A stretch of 64,000 nt of DNA from Candidatus Hydrothermarchaeum profundi (GCA_002011125.2 MTMF02000009.1:256001-320000); one strand, 5' to 3'. Positions 10,124 through 19,080 are shown, counted from the stretch's first letter. Numbers and translations are program-made. The notes: generated by a model not told the origin, from the letters alone.

Positions 10124-10666
10124 ATGGTTAATTTAAAATTTCTTCTGGATCACACAAGATGCATAAGATGTAAAGGATGCGAAGCGGCTTGCAAGACACA
10201 GAATGACGTGCCTGTGGGGATACGTAGAATAAGAGTCGTAGCTGTTAATGAAGGGAAACCTGGAGAAAAGAACGTCCCCCTGCCATGTTTACACTGTGAT
10301 GATGCCCCTTGCATAAAAGTTTGCCCAACAAGAACTCTCTATAAAAGGGAGGACGGCGCTGTACTTCACGATAAGGATAAATGCATTGGCTGTGGATACT
10401 GCCTAATGGCTTGTCCCTTTGGGGCCCCGCAATTTCCTGGCAGCGGCCCCTTCGGTTCTAGAGGCAAGATGGACAAGTGTTCCTTCTGCGTACAGCCTTT
10501 CATACAGAAAGAAAATGGTCAGAAGATTTTTAGAGAGCCTATCGCAAGATGCGCTGTCTTTTGCGCAACCGGGGCTTTGGATGCGGGAGACGCAACTGAG
10601 ATATCAGCCAAATTTAGGGAGAGAGTTGCAGCAAAGATTCAGCCTCTCACCGGTACTTTAGTATAA
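10124..10666 (+). CDS. fdhB: Formate dehydrogenase Fe-S beta subunit (DmsB/NrfC-type)
   Basis: Four Cys clusters: CIRCKGCEAAC, CLHCDDAPCIKVCP, CIGCGYCLMACP, KCSFC...C..FC. Confidence 0.92.
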   Translation: MVNLKFLLDHTRCIRCKGCEAACKTQNDVPVGIRRIRVVAVNEGKPGEKNVPLPCLHCDDAPCIKVCPTRTLYKREDGAVLHDKDKCIGCGYCLMACPFGAPQFPGSGPFGSRGKMDKCSFCVQPFIQKENGQKIFREPIARCAVFCATGALDAGDATEISAKFRERVAAKIQPLTGTLV

Positions 10667-10695
10667 ATAGGGGAGGCCACATCCCCCCTATTTAT
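10663..10695 (+). terminator. Intergenic stem-loop between fdhB and the NrfD gene
   Basis: ATAAATAGGGG...CCCCTATTTAT, an 11-bp perfect inverted repeat. Confidence 0.45.
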
Positions 10696-10698
10696 CAG

Positions 10699-11625
10699 GT
10701 GATATCTATGGTGATGTTATACGAACTCTGGCCCTGGGAAGTTCCTGAATATGCTCCATGGAGTTGGATAATAGCATTCTACCTCTTTCTTGGCGGAGTA
10801 GGAGCTGGTGCTTTAGTTACAGCATCGTTAGCCGATCTAATTGGTAGAGGTAAATATCGCGATATCTCTAAATCCGGAGTATTGATAAGTCCAATAGTAC
10901 TAATTATTGGTTCCATACTCCTTCTTTTTGATCTTGGAGATCCTCTCCGAGGGATTCAAATCCCAAGAGCTTTTGTTAACACGGGGTCTTGGTTAGCTAT
11001 CGGCGCATGGCTGTTGATGATTACTATAATTTTAGGCTTTACATACGCTTATACTTTGTTTAGAGATAAAAGTAGGGGACTCCGCGTCTTTCTCGCAATA
11101 ATTGGCATTTTATTAGGTATCGCGGTTGGAACTTATACCGGGTTGCTTCTTCGAGTACTTCAATTTATTCCTCTTTGGCATTCTGACTTTCTCCCACTTT
11201 TATTCGTCCTATCCGCCCTATCTACAGGTCTAGCTGCGACTTTATTCTTCCCTCTGTTGACCAAACTAACTGAGGAAAAAATGAAAACGGTTCACAGACT
11301 GAGTATAGTCGACGATGCTATAGTTGCCTTTGAAATACTAGTGCTAGCTATATTCATCGATAGTGTTAGTAAGACTAATGCCTTCGGTATGGAGTCTGTT
11401 GCCGCGATAACGACGGGGGTTTATTCTCTACTGTTTTGGGTTGGTGTAATAGGCATAGGCCTCGTGGCTCCGCTTTTCCTTTCCACTATGTCACTGACTG
11501 TAGTGAAGCATTCTAGAACACTACCAATTATAGAATTTACCTGCGTTTTGATTGGGGGACTACTACTGCGATTAATAATAATATACGCAGCCATTAAACA
11601 ACCAATTTTCTTTCCAGTAATTTGA
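10699..11625 (+). CDS. NrfD/PsrC family membrane anchor
   Basis: W..IIAFYLFLGGVGAG, DLGDPLR, SWLAIGAW, YTGLLL...PLW; 8 TM segments. Confidence 0.92.
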   Translation: MISMVMLYELWPWEVPEYAPWSWIIAFYLFLGGVGAGALVTASLADLIGRGKYRDISKSGVLISPIVLIIGSILLLFDLGDPLRGIQIPRAFVNTGSWLAIGAWLLMITIILGFTYAYTLFRDKSRGLRVFLAIIGILLGIAVGTYTGLLLRVLQFIPLWHSDFLPLLFVLSALSTGLAATLFFPLLTKLTEEKMKTVHRLSIVDDAIVAFEILVLAIFIDSVSKTNAFGMESVAAITTGVYSLLFWVGVIGIGLVAPLFLSTMSLTVVKHSRTLPIIEFTCVLIGGLLLRLIIIYAAIKQPIFFPVI

Positions 11626-11646
11626 AGATCAAACTCGGCCTGGGTA

Positions 11647-13650
11647 TTGCAAATGAAATTAGGCGTATTCCTCTGTTCCTGTGGTAAAACATCGAATGTA
11701 AAACTAAATGCATTGAAAAAAATAAGAGGAGCGGATGTAGTAGAAGCCCATGAACTACTCTGCCAAGAAGATGGCTTATCTTACATTGCCGACGATGTTA
11801 GGAGAAAAAACCTAGACACTATTTTAGTGGGTTGCACAGAAAAGGAGGAGATATTTGAAGCTTTAGCGGAAAAGCTTGCGGTAGATTTGGTAACCTTGAA
11901 CCTATGTGCGCTTTGCGGTTGGGTTCATAACAGGCAAGAGGCTACCGAAAAAGCAAAGATACTTGTCGGGTGCGGAATAAAAAAGCTTGAAGAAACTCCA
12001 ACTCCTACTACTATAAAAGTAAATGTCAATAAAAGCGTCCTAGTAGCCGGAAGTATGGGTGCGCTTAGGAAAATTGCAGTGGAACTTACCAAATTAGCAG
12101 ATGTAACATACGTACCAGACACGCTAGGTAAAGTCATAAATGTGAAAGGACGTCTCGGGGATTTTGAGGTAGAAATTGAAGCAAATCCTATAGACTGGCA
12201 GAAATGCGTCTTCTGCGGTAAATGCTTGCTTAATTGTCCGGAAAACGCCATTAGTTTTGACAAGTTTTTCTACATAAATGAAAAGTGCACCAAATGCGGA
12301 AAATGTATAAAAATTTGTCCTGCTGGAGCAATAGACTTTCAAGCGTCTAATAAAATACTGAATTTCGCTCAGGTAATCCTAGACTCAGAAGAATTTCCAA
12401 AAAGGTTAGGGATACATGTAATCAGGCATGAAGATGAAGCATTGACAACTTTCTCAGAGGTTGTAGCCCGGATAGGCGGAATAACCAAGGCTAAATTTAT
12501 CGATGTAGATCTAAATAATTGTGCAGCCGGAAAATCTGGCATTATTGGTTGTAGAATATGTGAGTCTTCATGTCCTTATAACGCAATATTAAGGCAAGAT
12601 GATAGAGTAGTGTTTGATGACATCTCGTGTACAGGATGTGGCTTATGTACGTCTTTATGTCCCATCACTCTGCCGCAACTTAAAGAATATCCCAGCAAAC
12701 TCATTTACTCGCAACTAGAAACTCTCCTTGAGGCGAAAGTGAAAAAGAAGATCGTGATGTTCACATGTGAATGCGGTATGGAGATATTATCCAAAACAGG
12801 TGCAGAGAGATTAGAATATCCTCCCGTACTGCCATTATTCGTACCTTGTCTTTCCATGGTATCTGAAACTTACATTCTTAGAGCCCTTGAGCTTAATGCA
12901 GATGGAGTACTGCTTATGAGAGGGAAATGTATTCATGGCATTAAGAATGTCCCTGGGTCCAAGTTTGCTAGAATATTCCAACATGCCTTTGAGCTTGAGG
13001 ACCGAGTTATGATTATAGAAGCAACTAATCCGCAAGATTTCACTCAGATGGTTAGAGAGTTCTATGAAAAATTGACCCCCTCTAAGCAGTTTAAAATGCT
13101 TTCAACTGTAGTGGGTAATAAGAGAGCGGATTTAGTACGGATTACTAAGAGTTTTTTGCAAAATACTGGAATAAAGCCGTCACCACTCCAGATTCTGGAT
13201 TTCCCTTTCGCTGATATATTAATAGATAAGGAAAAATGTACTCTGTGCTCTACCTGTATGAATATGTGCCCCACAGAGGCCATAAAGAGGGAGGACGCTG
13301 GTAAAATAGTGTTTTCATATTCATATTGCATAGCCTGTGGGCTTTGCTGTGAAGCTTGCCCTGAGAAAGCTATAACTATGGCAAAGATTCTTGATTTACC
13401 GAGATTAGCTAATAATGAGAGAAAAGTGTTGGTAGAATCTGAGCTTTTAAAATGCAAAAATTGTGGAAAGCCTTTTACCACAGTTAGCTCTTTCGAAAAG
13501 GCTTTTAGCATATTAAAGGACTCTGGAAGTGCTGGTGAATTCGATCTTGAAAGTCAGAGAGAGCTGATGCTTTTATGCGAAAATTGTAGACCCCTTTTCG
13601 CATTAGATATTTATCAGAGGAAAGCTTATGGGGATAAGGGAAGTTCTTGA
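11647..13650 (+). CDS. Polyferredoxin with degenerate HdrA-like N-terminus and MvhD-like domain
   Basis: LGVFLCSCG, CGWVH...ATEKAK, several CxxCxxCxxxCP motifs, and MvhD-like YPP..VPC......ILRALE..ADGVLL. Confidence 0.8.
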   Translation: MQMKLGVFLCSCGKTSNVKLNALKKIRGADVVEAHELLCQEDGLSYIADDVRRKNLDTILVGCTEKEEIFEALAEKLAVDLVTLNLCALCGWVHNRQEATEKAKILVGCGIKKLEETPTPTTIKVNVNKSVLVAGSMGALRKIAVELTKLADVTYVPDTLGKVINVKGRLGDFEVEIEANPIDWQKCVFCGKCLLNCPENAISFDKFFYINEKCTKCGKCIKICPAGAIDFQASNKILNFAQVILDSEEFPKRLGIHVIRHEDEALTTFSEVVARIGGITKAKFIDVDLNNCAAGKSGIIGCRICESSCPYNAILRQDDRVVFDDISCTGCGLCTSLCPITLPQLKEYPSKLIYSQLETLLEAKVKKKIVMFTCECGMEILSKTGAERLEYPPVLPLFVPCLSMVSETYILRALELNADGVLLMRGKCIHGIKNVPGSKFARIFQHAFELEDRVMIIEATNPQDFTQMVREFYEKLTPSKQFKMLSTVVGNKRADLVRITKSFLQNTGIKPSPLQILDFPFADILIDKEKCTLCSTCMNMCPTEAIKREDAGKIVFSYSYCIACGLCCEACPEKAITMAKILDLPRLANNERKVLVESELLKCKNCGKPFTTVSSFEKAFSILKDSGSAGEFDLESQRELMLLCENCRPLFALDIYQRKAYGDKGSS

Positions 13651-14281
13651 AACCCGCGCGCATCTTTACTCGTTTTTATCCAGAGTATTCTTGGAAGAAC
13701 CTCCAAGGGAGATGATTAAAGATATAGTCAGTGGTAACTTTCCAATTCCCTATTCACTAGGCTCCCTAAACGAAGAGCTAGAAAAGGGTATTAAAATGCT
13801 GGGAGACTTCATAGAAAACGCTGAAAAAAATGAGGATGCTCTTCTCGACCAGCTCACTTGTGAGTATACAGATCTTTTCATCGGTCCTAGCAGGGATATC
13901 ATATTACCTTATGAATCTGGGTATACTAAAATGGCGGAAAAAACAATTCCTGATGTAAAGAAGATGTATAAAAAAGCTGGAATTATGAAGTCAAATGAAG
14001 TTCACGAGCGAGAGGATCATATTGCGCTTGAGCTAGAGTATATGAGTTACCTTTGCTGGAAGGAGTTAGAAGCTTTAGATAAAGGAGATACTGCCCTAGA
14101 GTTGCTTGAAATACAAAAAGACTTCATGGAGAAACATTTAACTAATTGGACTCCAAATTTTTGCAACGATATTCTTAAAAGCAAAAAAGCAATTTTTTAT
14201 AAAAGTATAGCATTGATCACCAAAGGATTCTTAGATTTTGATAAAAATCTTATCGAAGAATTAAAGGGTTATATGGATTAA
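13628..14281 (+). CDS. TorD/DmsD family molybdoenzyme chaperone
   Basis: EYTDLFIGP, PYES, EREDHIALELEYM and HL.NW motifs. Confidence 0.92.
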   Translation: MGIREVLETRAHLYSFLSRVFLEEPPREMIKDIVSGNFPIPYSLGSLNEELEKGIKMLGDFIENAEKNEDALLDQLTCEYTDLFIGPSRDIILPYESGYTKMAEKTIPDVKKMYKKAGIMKSNEVHEREDHIALELEYMSYLCWKELEALDKGDTALELLEIQKDFMEKHLTNWTPNFCNDILKSKKAIFYKSIALITKGFLDFDKNLIEELKGYMD

Positions 14282-14542
14282 TTTACGAATCTCCATTTCC
14301 CTTGTCGGAGGGCCTGCTGAATATCTTTAACCATATCCATATTTAAGTTATATTTCTTTAACAAGGGCGCTTGGTTCTTCTCTATAAGTATGTTTATTAG
14401 TTCGCTAAGTTTAATTCTAATTTTCATTAAGATCACCTTTCTAGTTAGCTTTTCATTTTTGGCTAACGATTTAAAAATTTTATAAAAAATTGTATACTCA
14501 TTTAACGAGAACATTTAAAAATATCTGATATTAAAGAACATC

Positions 14543-15256
14543 ATGGACTCGAGTGACTTAAGACATGAGATACTACAAGAACTCAAGAGTAAATTTGGAA
14601 AGATAATACTAGTATTAATCCTTGGTGTTATTATTGGATGGTACCTGGCTTTTATAACTATTGTAAAAATTAAAGCCAAACTATTGCCCAAGGGAGTTGA
14701 GATCATTGCTCTTACGCCTCTCGAATTTGTGATCGTCCAGTTGAAGCTCTCATTAATCTTTGCTATAGTGATCCTAATCCCCGTTATAGTTTTTATAGCT
14801 ACGAGAAGAGTGAGATTACGAATAAAGAAGAGAACGATGTTCACGTGGGGGATGCTGTTGCTCCTTTTTTTTGTAGGAGGAATCCTCTTCGCATACAATA
14901 TTTTATTGCCTTTCGTAATAAGGATCTTAACCTCAACTGTTGTAGAAACAGGGATAGAGCCTTTATACTCCCTCAGTGGTTTCATGTTCTTCTCAATATC
15001 TATGATGCTTATATTGGGTCTAGTATTTGAATTTCCTGTAATAACAGCATGGTTAAGCAGGACAGGAATAATCTCCTCGCAGATCCTTACAGAAAGAAGA
15101 AAATATGCATACGTGGGGATTTTTGTTGTTGCTGCGGTTATTACTCCAGATCCATCCCCCGTAAGCCAAATGCTGGTGGCCCTACCATTTCTCTTTTTCT
15201 ACGAGGTCAGCGTTATAACAGCTAAAATTTTTGGTAGACGTCAGAAAAGTACTTAA
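14543..15256 (+). CDS. tatC: Twin-arginine translocase TatC
   Basis: FEFPV, RRKYA, AAVITPDPSPVSQ...P...FYE. Confidence 0.9.
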   Translation: MDSSDLRHEILQELKSKFGKIILVLILGVIIGWYLAFITIVKIKAKLLPKGVEIIALTPLEFVIVQLKLSLIFAIVILIPVIVFIATRRVRLRIKKRTMFTWGMLLLLFFVGGILFAYNILLPFVIRILTSTVVETGIEPLYSLSGFMFFSISMMLILGLVFEFPVITAWLSRTGIISSQILTERRKYAYVGIFVVAAVITPDPSPVSQMLVALPFLFFYEVSVITAKIFGRRQKST

Positions 15257-15314
15257 GTTAAAAGTAGAAGAAAATATATTAAGCCCTTCAGACTCTAATA
15301 GGAGGTAAAACTAA

Positions 15315-15512
15315 ATGGTTGGTTTTGTTGGTCCACAAGAACTGGTTATTATTCTTGCTATCGTCGTTCTTCTCTTCGGCGCTAAAAAGCTTCCTGAGTT
15401 AGCCAGGTCTGTTGGAAAAGCTAAAGGTGAATTTCATAAAGGTCTAGAGGAGAGCACTGAAAAGAAAGAAAAAAAGGAAAAAAAAGAAGAACCCAAAGAA
15501 ACTGAAAAATAG
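15315..15512 (+). CDS. tatA: Twin-arginine translocase TatA
   Basis: GPQELVII...LLFGAKKLPELARSVG. Confidence 0.95.
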   Translation: MVGFVGPQELVIILAIVVLLFGAKKLPELARSVGKAKGEFHKGLEESTEKKEKKEKKEEPKETEK

Positions 15513-15522
15513 GTGAAGGATT

Positions 15523-15849
15523 ATGGTCTTCGGGGTAGGGCCCAATGAGCTGATGGTTATTCTTATCGTGGCTCTCATACTTTTTGGGCCAAAAAAACTC
15601 CCAGAATTAGCTCGGTCTCTAGGTAAGGCTGTAGCGGAGTTCAATAAAGCTAAGGATGAATTCTCTAAGGAGAGTATGAAAAAGATCATTGAGAACGAGA
15701 TAGAACCAAAGAAAGCATCTTATAGCGAGGTCGTGAAAATCGCAGAAAATTTAGGAATTGATGTCGAAGGAAAAAGTGAGCAAGAACTCCTTAAGGAGAT
15801 AACTCGTAAGACTAGTGAAAAAGCTGTTGCCCAAAAAGATCATGAGTGA
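15523..15849 (+). CDS. tatA: TatA/TatB family subunit (second copy, archaeal C-terminal extension)
   Basis: GPNEL...LFGPKKLPELARSLG; A.NLGIDVEGKS. Confidence 0.92.
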   Translation: MVFGVGPNELMVILIVALILFGPKKLPELARSLGKAVAEFNKAKDEFSKESMKKIIENEIEPKKASYSEVVKIAENLGIDVEGKSEQELLKEITRKTSEKAVAQKDHE

Positions 15850-16567
15850 CGCCTACCTGCCTAGGGATAAGGAACTACCTATCGAAGAGCATCTTATAGA
15901 ACTTCGAAAGAGGCTTCTGGTAATAGTTTTCGCCTTGGGAATAATCACAATAATAGCCTATCCATTTACTGACGAGATAATTTTCGGACTTAGGGATTCT
16001 CTCGTACCTGAAGGAATAAAGATTATAATTCTTAATCCAATAGAATATTTTCTCGCAAGGGCAAAACTTGCTGCCATGATAGCTCTTATCATAGGTATTC
16101 CGCTAGTACTCTACGAGATCTTTAAATTTATGAGGCCGGGATTATTCCCCAGCGAAGAGCGGTTTTTTCTCACGGTTATACCCTCCTCTATTGTATTGTT
16201 CTCTATTGGAGCCACCATATCATATTTCACTTTCACTCCCTTATCCCTGAGGTATTTGATTACTACAACAGAAAGCGTGGCAATTCCAACATTAGTGCTA
16301 GGCAGATTCATTTCTTTCATAACTTTCATGCTTTTGGCTTTTGGATTGATTTTCCAACTTCCTCTAGTGATATGGTTGCTATTGAAGGCCGAACTTATAA
16401 CAGTGCAAGAATTAAAAGAAAAGAGAAAGCTTATTTATATAGGACTTGGGGTAGGAGGGATAATTGTCGCTCCGGATCCTACGCCAATTACTCCATTATT
16501 AGTTGCTATTTCCTTAATTGTAGTTTTTGAAGTCAGCTTATTCTTGGCTGATAAATTAAAAGGTTAA
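15842..16567 (+). CDS. tatC: Twin-arginine translocase TatC (second copy)
   Basis: EHLIELRKRL, F.RPGL, FQLP and PDP motifs; ATG at 15842 is the more likely start. Confidence 0.92.
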   Translation: MSDAYLPRDKELPIEEHLIELRKRLLVIVFALGIITIIAYPFTDEIIFGLRDSLVPEGIKIIILNPIEYFLARAKLAAMIALIIGIPLVLYEIFKFMRPGLFPSEERFFLTVIPSSIVLFSIGATISYFTFTPLSLRYLITTTESVAIPTLVLGRFISFITFMLLAFGLIFQLPLVIWLLLKAELITVQELKEKRKLIYIGLGVGGIIVAPDPTPITPLLVAISLIVVFEVSLFLADKLKG

Positions 16568-16595
16568 TATATGAGAAAATGATATTGTGTAAAAG

Positions 16596-16835
16596 ATGCT
16601 TAAATGCCCAATATGTAAAAAGGAAACTAGGTTAAAGAGAGTTATAGGTGAAGGAGGAGAGATATTAAAAGACTACATATGTGAAAATTGTTATATAGGA
16701 TGGTATATCCCTGAATCAGGCGGTGCTCCAAAAATAAGAGTATCTACCACTCATTCTATAGCTCAGAAACTCTCTGATGAAGAGTTCAAAAAGCTTTTAG
16801 AAAGAATTAGGAAATATGAAGAATCTCAGAAATGA
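16596..16835 (+). CDS. Small zinc-ribbon hypothetical protein
   Basis: CPIC...CENC pair in a 79-aa ORF. Confidence 0.6.
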   Translation: MLKCPICKKETRLKRVIGEGGEILKDYICENCYIGWYIPESGGAPKIRVSTTHSIAQKLSDEEFKKLLERIRKYEESQK

Positions 16836-17218
16836 GGCCTTAGTTTTTCCAAAAGTTGTGGCTTTGGAAGAGCTCCAACGATCTTCTCCACTACCTGGCC
16901 ATTCTTGAATAGGAGGAGGGTGGGTATGCTCATTATGTTAAACAGAGTAGCGGTCTTCTTATTTTCATCCACATTGAGCTTAGCGCAGACAAGCTTGCCT
17001 CTATATTCATTAGCAAGGTCTTCTATAACTGGCGCTACTATTTTACAGGGGTGACACCAGTCGGCCCAGAAGTCTACAAGGACCAACGGATATTTTTTGA
17101 TTACTTCACCAAAATCAGAGTCGGTTACCTTTATAACCCCTTGAGGAAAATCCTGTCCCCTGGCTTTTTTAAGCATCTCCTCCATTTTCTTTTTCTTTAT
17201 CCTTTCCACTTCATCCAT
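16826..17218 (-). CDS. trxA: Thioredoxin
   Basis: VDFWADWCHPCK and SIPT motifs. Confidence 0.95.
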   Translation of the reverse strand: MDEVERIKKKKMEEMLKKARGQDFPQGVIKVTDSDFGEVIKKYPLVLVDFWADWCHPCKIVAPVIEDLANEYRGKLVCAKLNVDENKKTATLFNIMSIPTLLLFKNGQVVEKIVGALPKPQLLEKLRPHF

Positions 17219-17265
17219 GTCTTTTATAAACCCTTAGAGGTCTACATATATAATTTGCGGTAACT

Positions 17266-17991
17266 ATGATGATACTTCACTTTAAAGAGGTAGATTCTAC
17301 AAACGAGGTGGCTAAGAAGTTAGCAGCAATAGGTGCGCCTGAGTGGACTATAGTATCCTCGGACTCACAGACAGAAGGAAAAGGACGCCTAGGCAGAAGA
17401 TGGATTTCACCCCAGGGAGGCCTGTGGATATCCATAGTCCTTAGACCAGATATAGAAGAGTCTAGACTGCCGATAATCCCTATGGTAAGTGGTATATCGG
17501 TTGCAAAAGTATTATGTGATATGTATGGATTACCAGCTAAGTTAAAGTGGCCGAATGATGTGCTCCTAAAAGAGAGAAAAGTATGCGGAATCCTAGCTGA
17601 AGCAGGTGAAAATGTTGAATATGTGGTTGTCGGTATTGGAATAAACGCCAATATAGATATGAACAAATTTCCTGCTCAACTTCGCAACAGTACAACTACT
17701 ATCAGCACAGAACTAAAAAGAGAAGTTGACTTGAATGCATTAAAGATAGGGCTATTAGATCAGTTTAAAGAGGATTATAATAATCTCATAAGACAAGATT
17801 TCTCTATTTTAAAGGAAGAGTGGAGACACCTCTCCTCAACTCTCGGACAGAAGGTTAAAGTGATAACTCCAAAAGAGATCATAGAAGGAAATGCAATCGA
17901 CATTGACGGCGAAGGAGCGCTGCTCATAGAAGTAAGTGGCCGTATCAAAAGGATTTTTTCTGGAGATTGCATTCACTTAAGTAACTTTTAA
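17266..17991 (+). CDS. birA: Biotin-protein ligase (no HTH domain)
   Basis: STN, QTEGKGRLGRRW, KWPND, KVCGIL and GIGIN motifs. Confidence 0.95.
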   Translation: MMILHFKEVDSTNEVAKKLAAIGAPEWTIVSSDSQTEGKGRLGRRWISPQGGLWISIVLRPDIEESRLPIIPMVSGISVAKVLCDMYGLPAKLKWPNDVLLKERKVCGILAEAGENVEYVVVGIGINANIDMNKFPAQLRNSTTTISTELKREVDLNALKIGLLDQFKEDYNNLIRQDFSILKEEWRHLSSTLGQKVKVITPKEIIEGNAIDIDGEGALLIEVSGRIKRIFSGDCIHLSNF

Positions 17992-18018
17992 ATAGAAAAA
18001 CTTAGATTTTGACCTTCC

Positions 18019-18837
18019 ATGGAGATCATAACTTCGTATAGACAAGCTCGTTACAATTTCTATAGATGGAGATACGAATCAGGATTTGTGTATAAATTGG
18101 CATTAGCTTTTATGTTTGCCGGATTGACAGGTATTGGAGCTCAGATAAGGATACCCCTCCCTTTTACCCCAGTGCCAATAACTGGCCAAGTCTTTTTTGT
18201 CCTACTTAGCGGCGTAGTACTTGGAAAATATGGCGGACTAAGTCAAGGAATTTACGCTGGGTTAGGGGGCGCTGGTATACCTTGGTTTAATGGTATGAAG
18301 GGAGGCTGGGGTGTTCTCACAGGCGTTACTGGCGGGTATATTCTAGGATTTATCCTTGCAGCAAGTCTCATAGGATGGTTTGTAGATAACTATACTAGGT
18401 CAAGGACTTTTTCTTTCCAATTATCCCTCATGTTCTTAGGAGTAGCAGTTATATATGGACTGGGATCCTTACAATTCTCGCTTGTGTTAGGTACTGGTTT
18501 CAATGAAACTCTTACAAAAGCTGTTTTACCATTTATTCCTGGAGATATTGCTAAAGCCGTGGGGGTAGTGCTTCTAGCAACTGCTATTCTTCCTAAAGAA
18601 AGCTACAACGGAGAAGTGGATTTTGAGTCTACTTCCCATGATAGGCGCCGCCTCTATATGGCCGGGTTTGTTTTTAGTGGATTACTGACATGTTTCTTTT
18701 TACTTTTGTTCTGGGCTAAAATTGTGAGTTTAGGTCAAGCAAATAATTTAATAGTTTTAAAAAACAGCGCTTGGTTTTCTTTATCAGCATTAATAACAGG
18801 GCTTCTCTCTCTTCATTTTTTAAAACTCCTCAGGTAG
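18019..18837 (+). CDS. bioY: Biotin transporter BioY with C-terminal membrane extension
   Basis: PLPFTPVPITGQ, TGGYILGF and LPFIPGD.AK; adjacent to birA. Confidence 0.9.
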   Translation: MEIITSYRQARYNFYRWRYESGFVYKLALAFMFAGLTGIGAQIRIPLPFTPVPITGQVFFVLLSGVVLGKYGGLSQGIYAGLGGAGIPWFNGMKGGWGVLTGVTGGYILGFILAASLIGWFVDNYTRSRTFSFQLSLMFLGVAVIYGLGSLQFSLVLGTGFNETLTKAVLPFIPGDIAKAVGVVLLATAILPKESYNGEVDFESTSHDRRRLYMAGFVFSGLLTCFFLLLFWAKIVSLGQANNLIVLKNSAWFSLSALITGLLSLHFLKLLR

Positions 18838-18887
18838 ACGCTTAAATAAGAAATATCGCTTGATAAAAAACACTTAAGTAAAATTAG

Positions 18888-19046
18888 TGCGGATTCGGAC
18901 GCAGCCGAAAGGTTTGGCACCGTTTGGTCCGAAGACCTTGGGTGCTTTGCCTTTCAGACAGGTGATACCTCCGGAGAGGCATTCCTGTCGCTCGTAGCGG
19001 TTTATCCGAAGACGAACCGCTGCGAATCACTACACCCGAATCCGCA
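18888..19046 (-). ncRNA. Unassigned structured ncRNA candidate (~158 nt, four-way junction)
   Basis: GC-rich stretch in an AT-rich spacer. It has a 17-bp closing helix with G-U pairs only on the minus strand, three internal helices, two C(UUCG)G tetraloops, a TATA element ~25-30 nt upstream and a T6 tract downstream. Confidence 0.75.
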
Positions 19047-19066
19047 AATAGTTGTTGAATTTTATT

Positions 19067-19080
19067 AGTATATATTTATT
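19067..19080 (-). promoter_or_regulatory. Archaeal TATA box for the ncRNA candidate
   Basis: Minus strand AATAAATATATAC, centred ~27 nt upstream of the predicted 5' end (19045-19046). Confidence 0.55.

Noticed and set aside
14278-14514. 78-aa minus-strand ORF between torD and tatC
   Set aside because: AT-rich spacer with TTG start and no recognisable motif; likely spurious.
18888-19046. Assignment of the structured element to SRP RNA, RNase P RNA, 5S rRNA, tRNA-Sec or a simple terminator
   Set aside because: It lacks the SRP helix-8 motif, RNase P CR-I/CR-V sequences, 5S conserved loops and a T-arm, and it is too long and multibranched for a terminator. An Rfam search is still needed.
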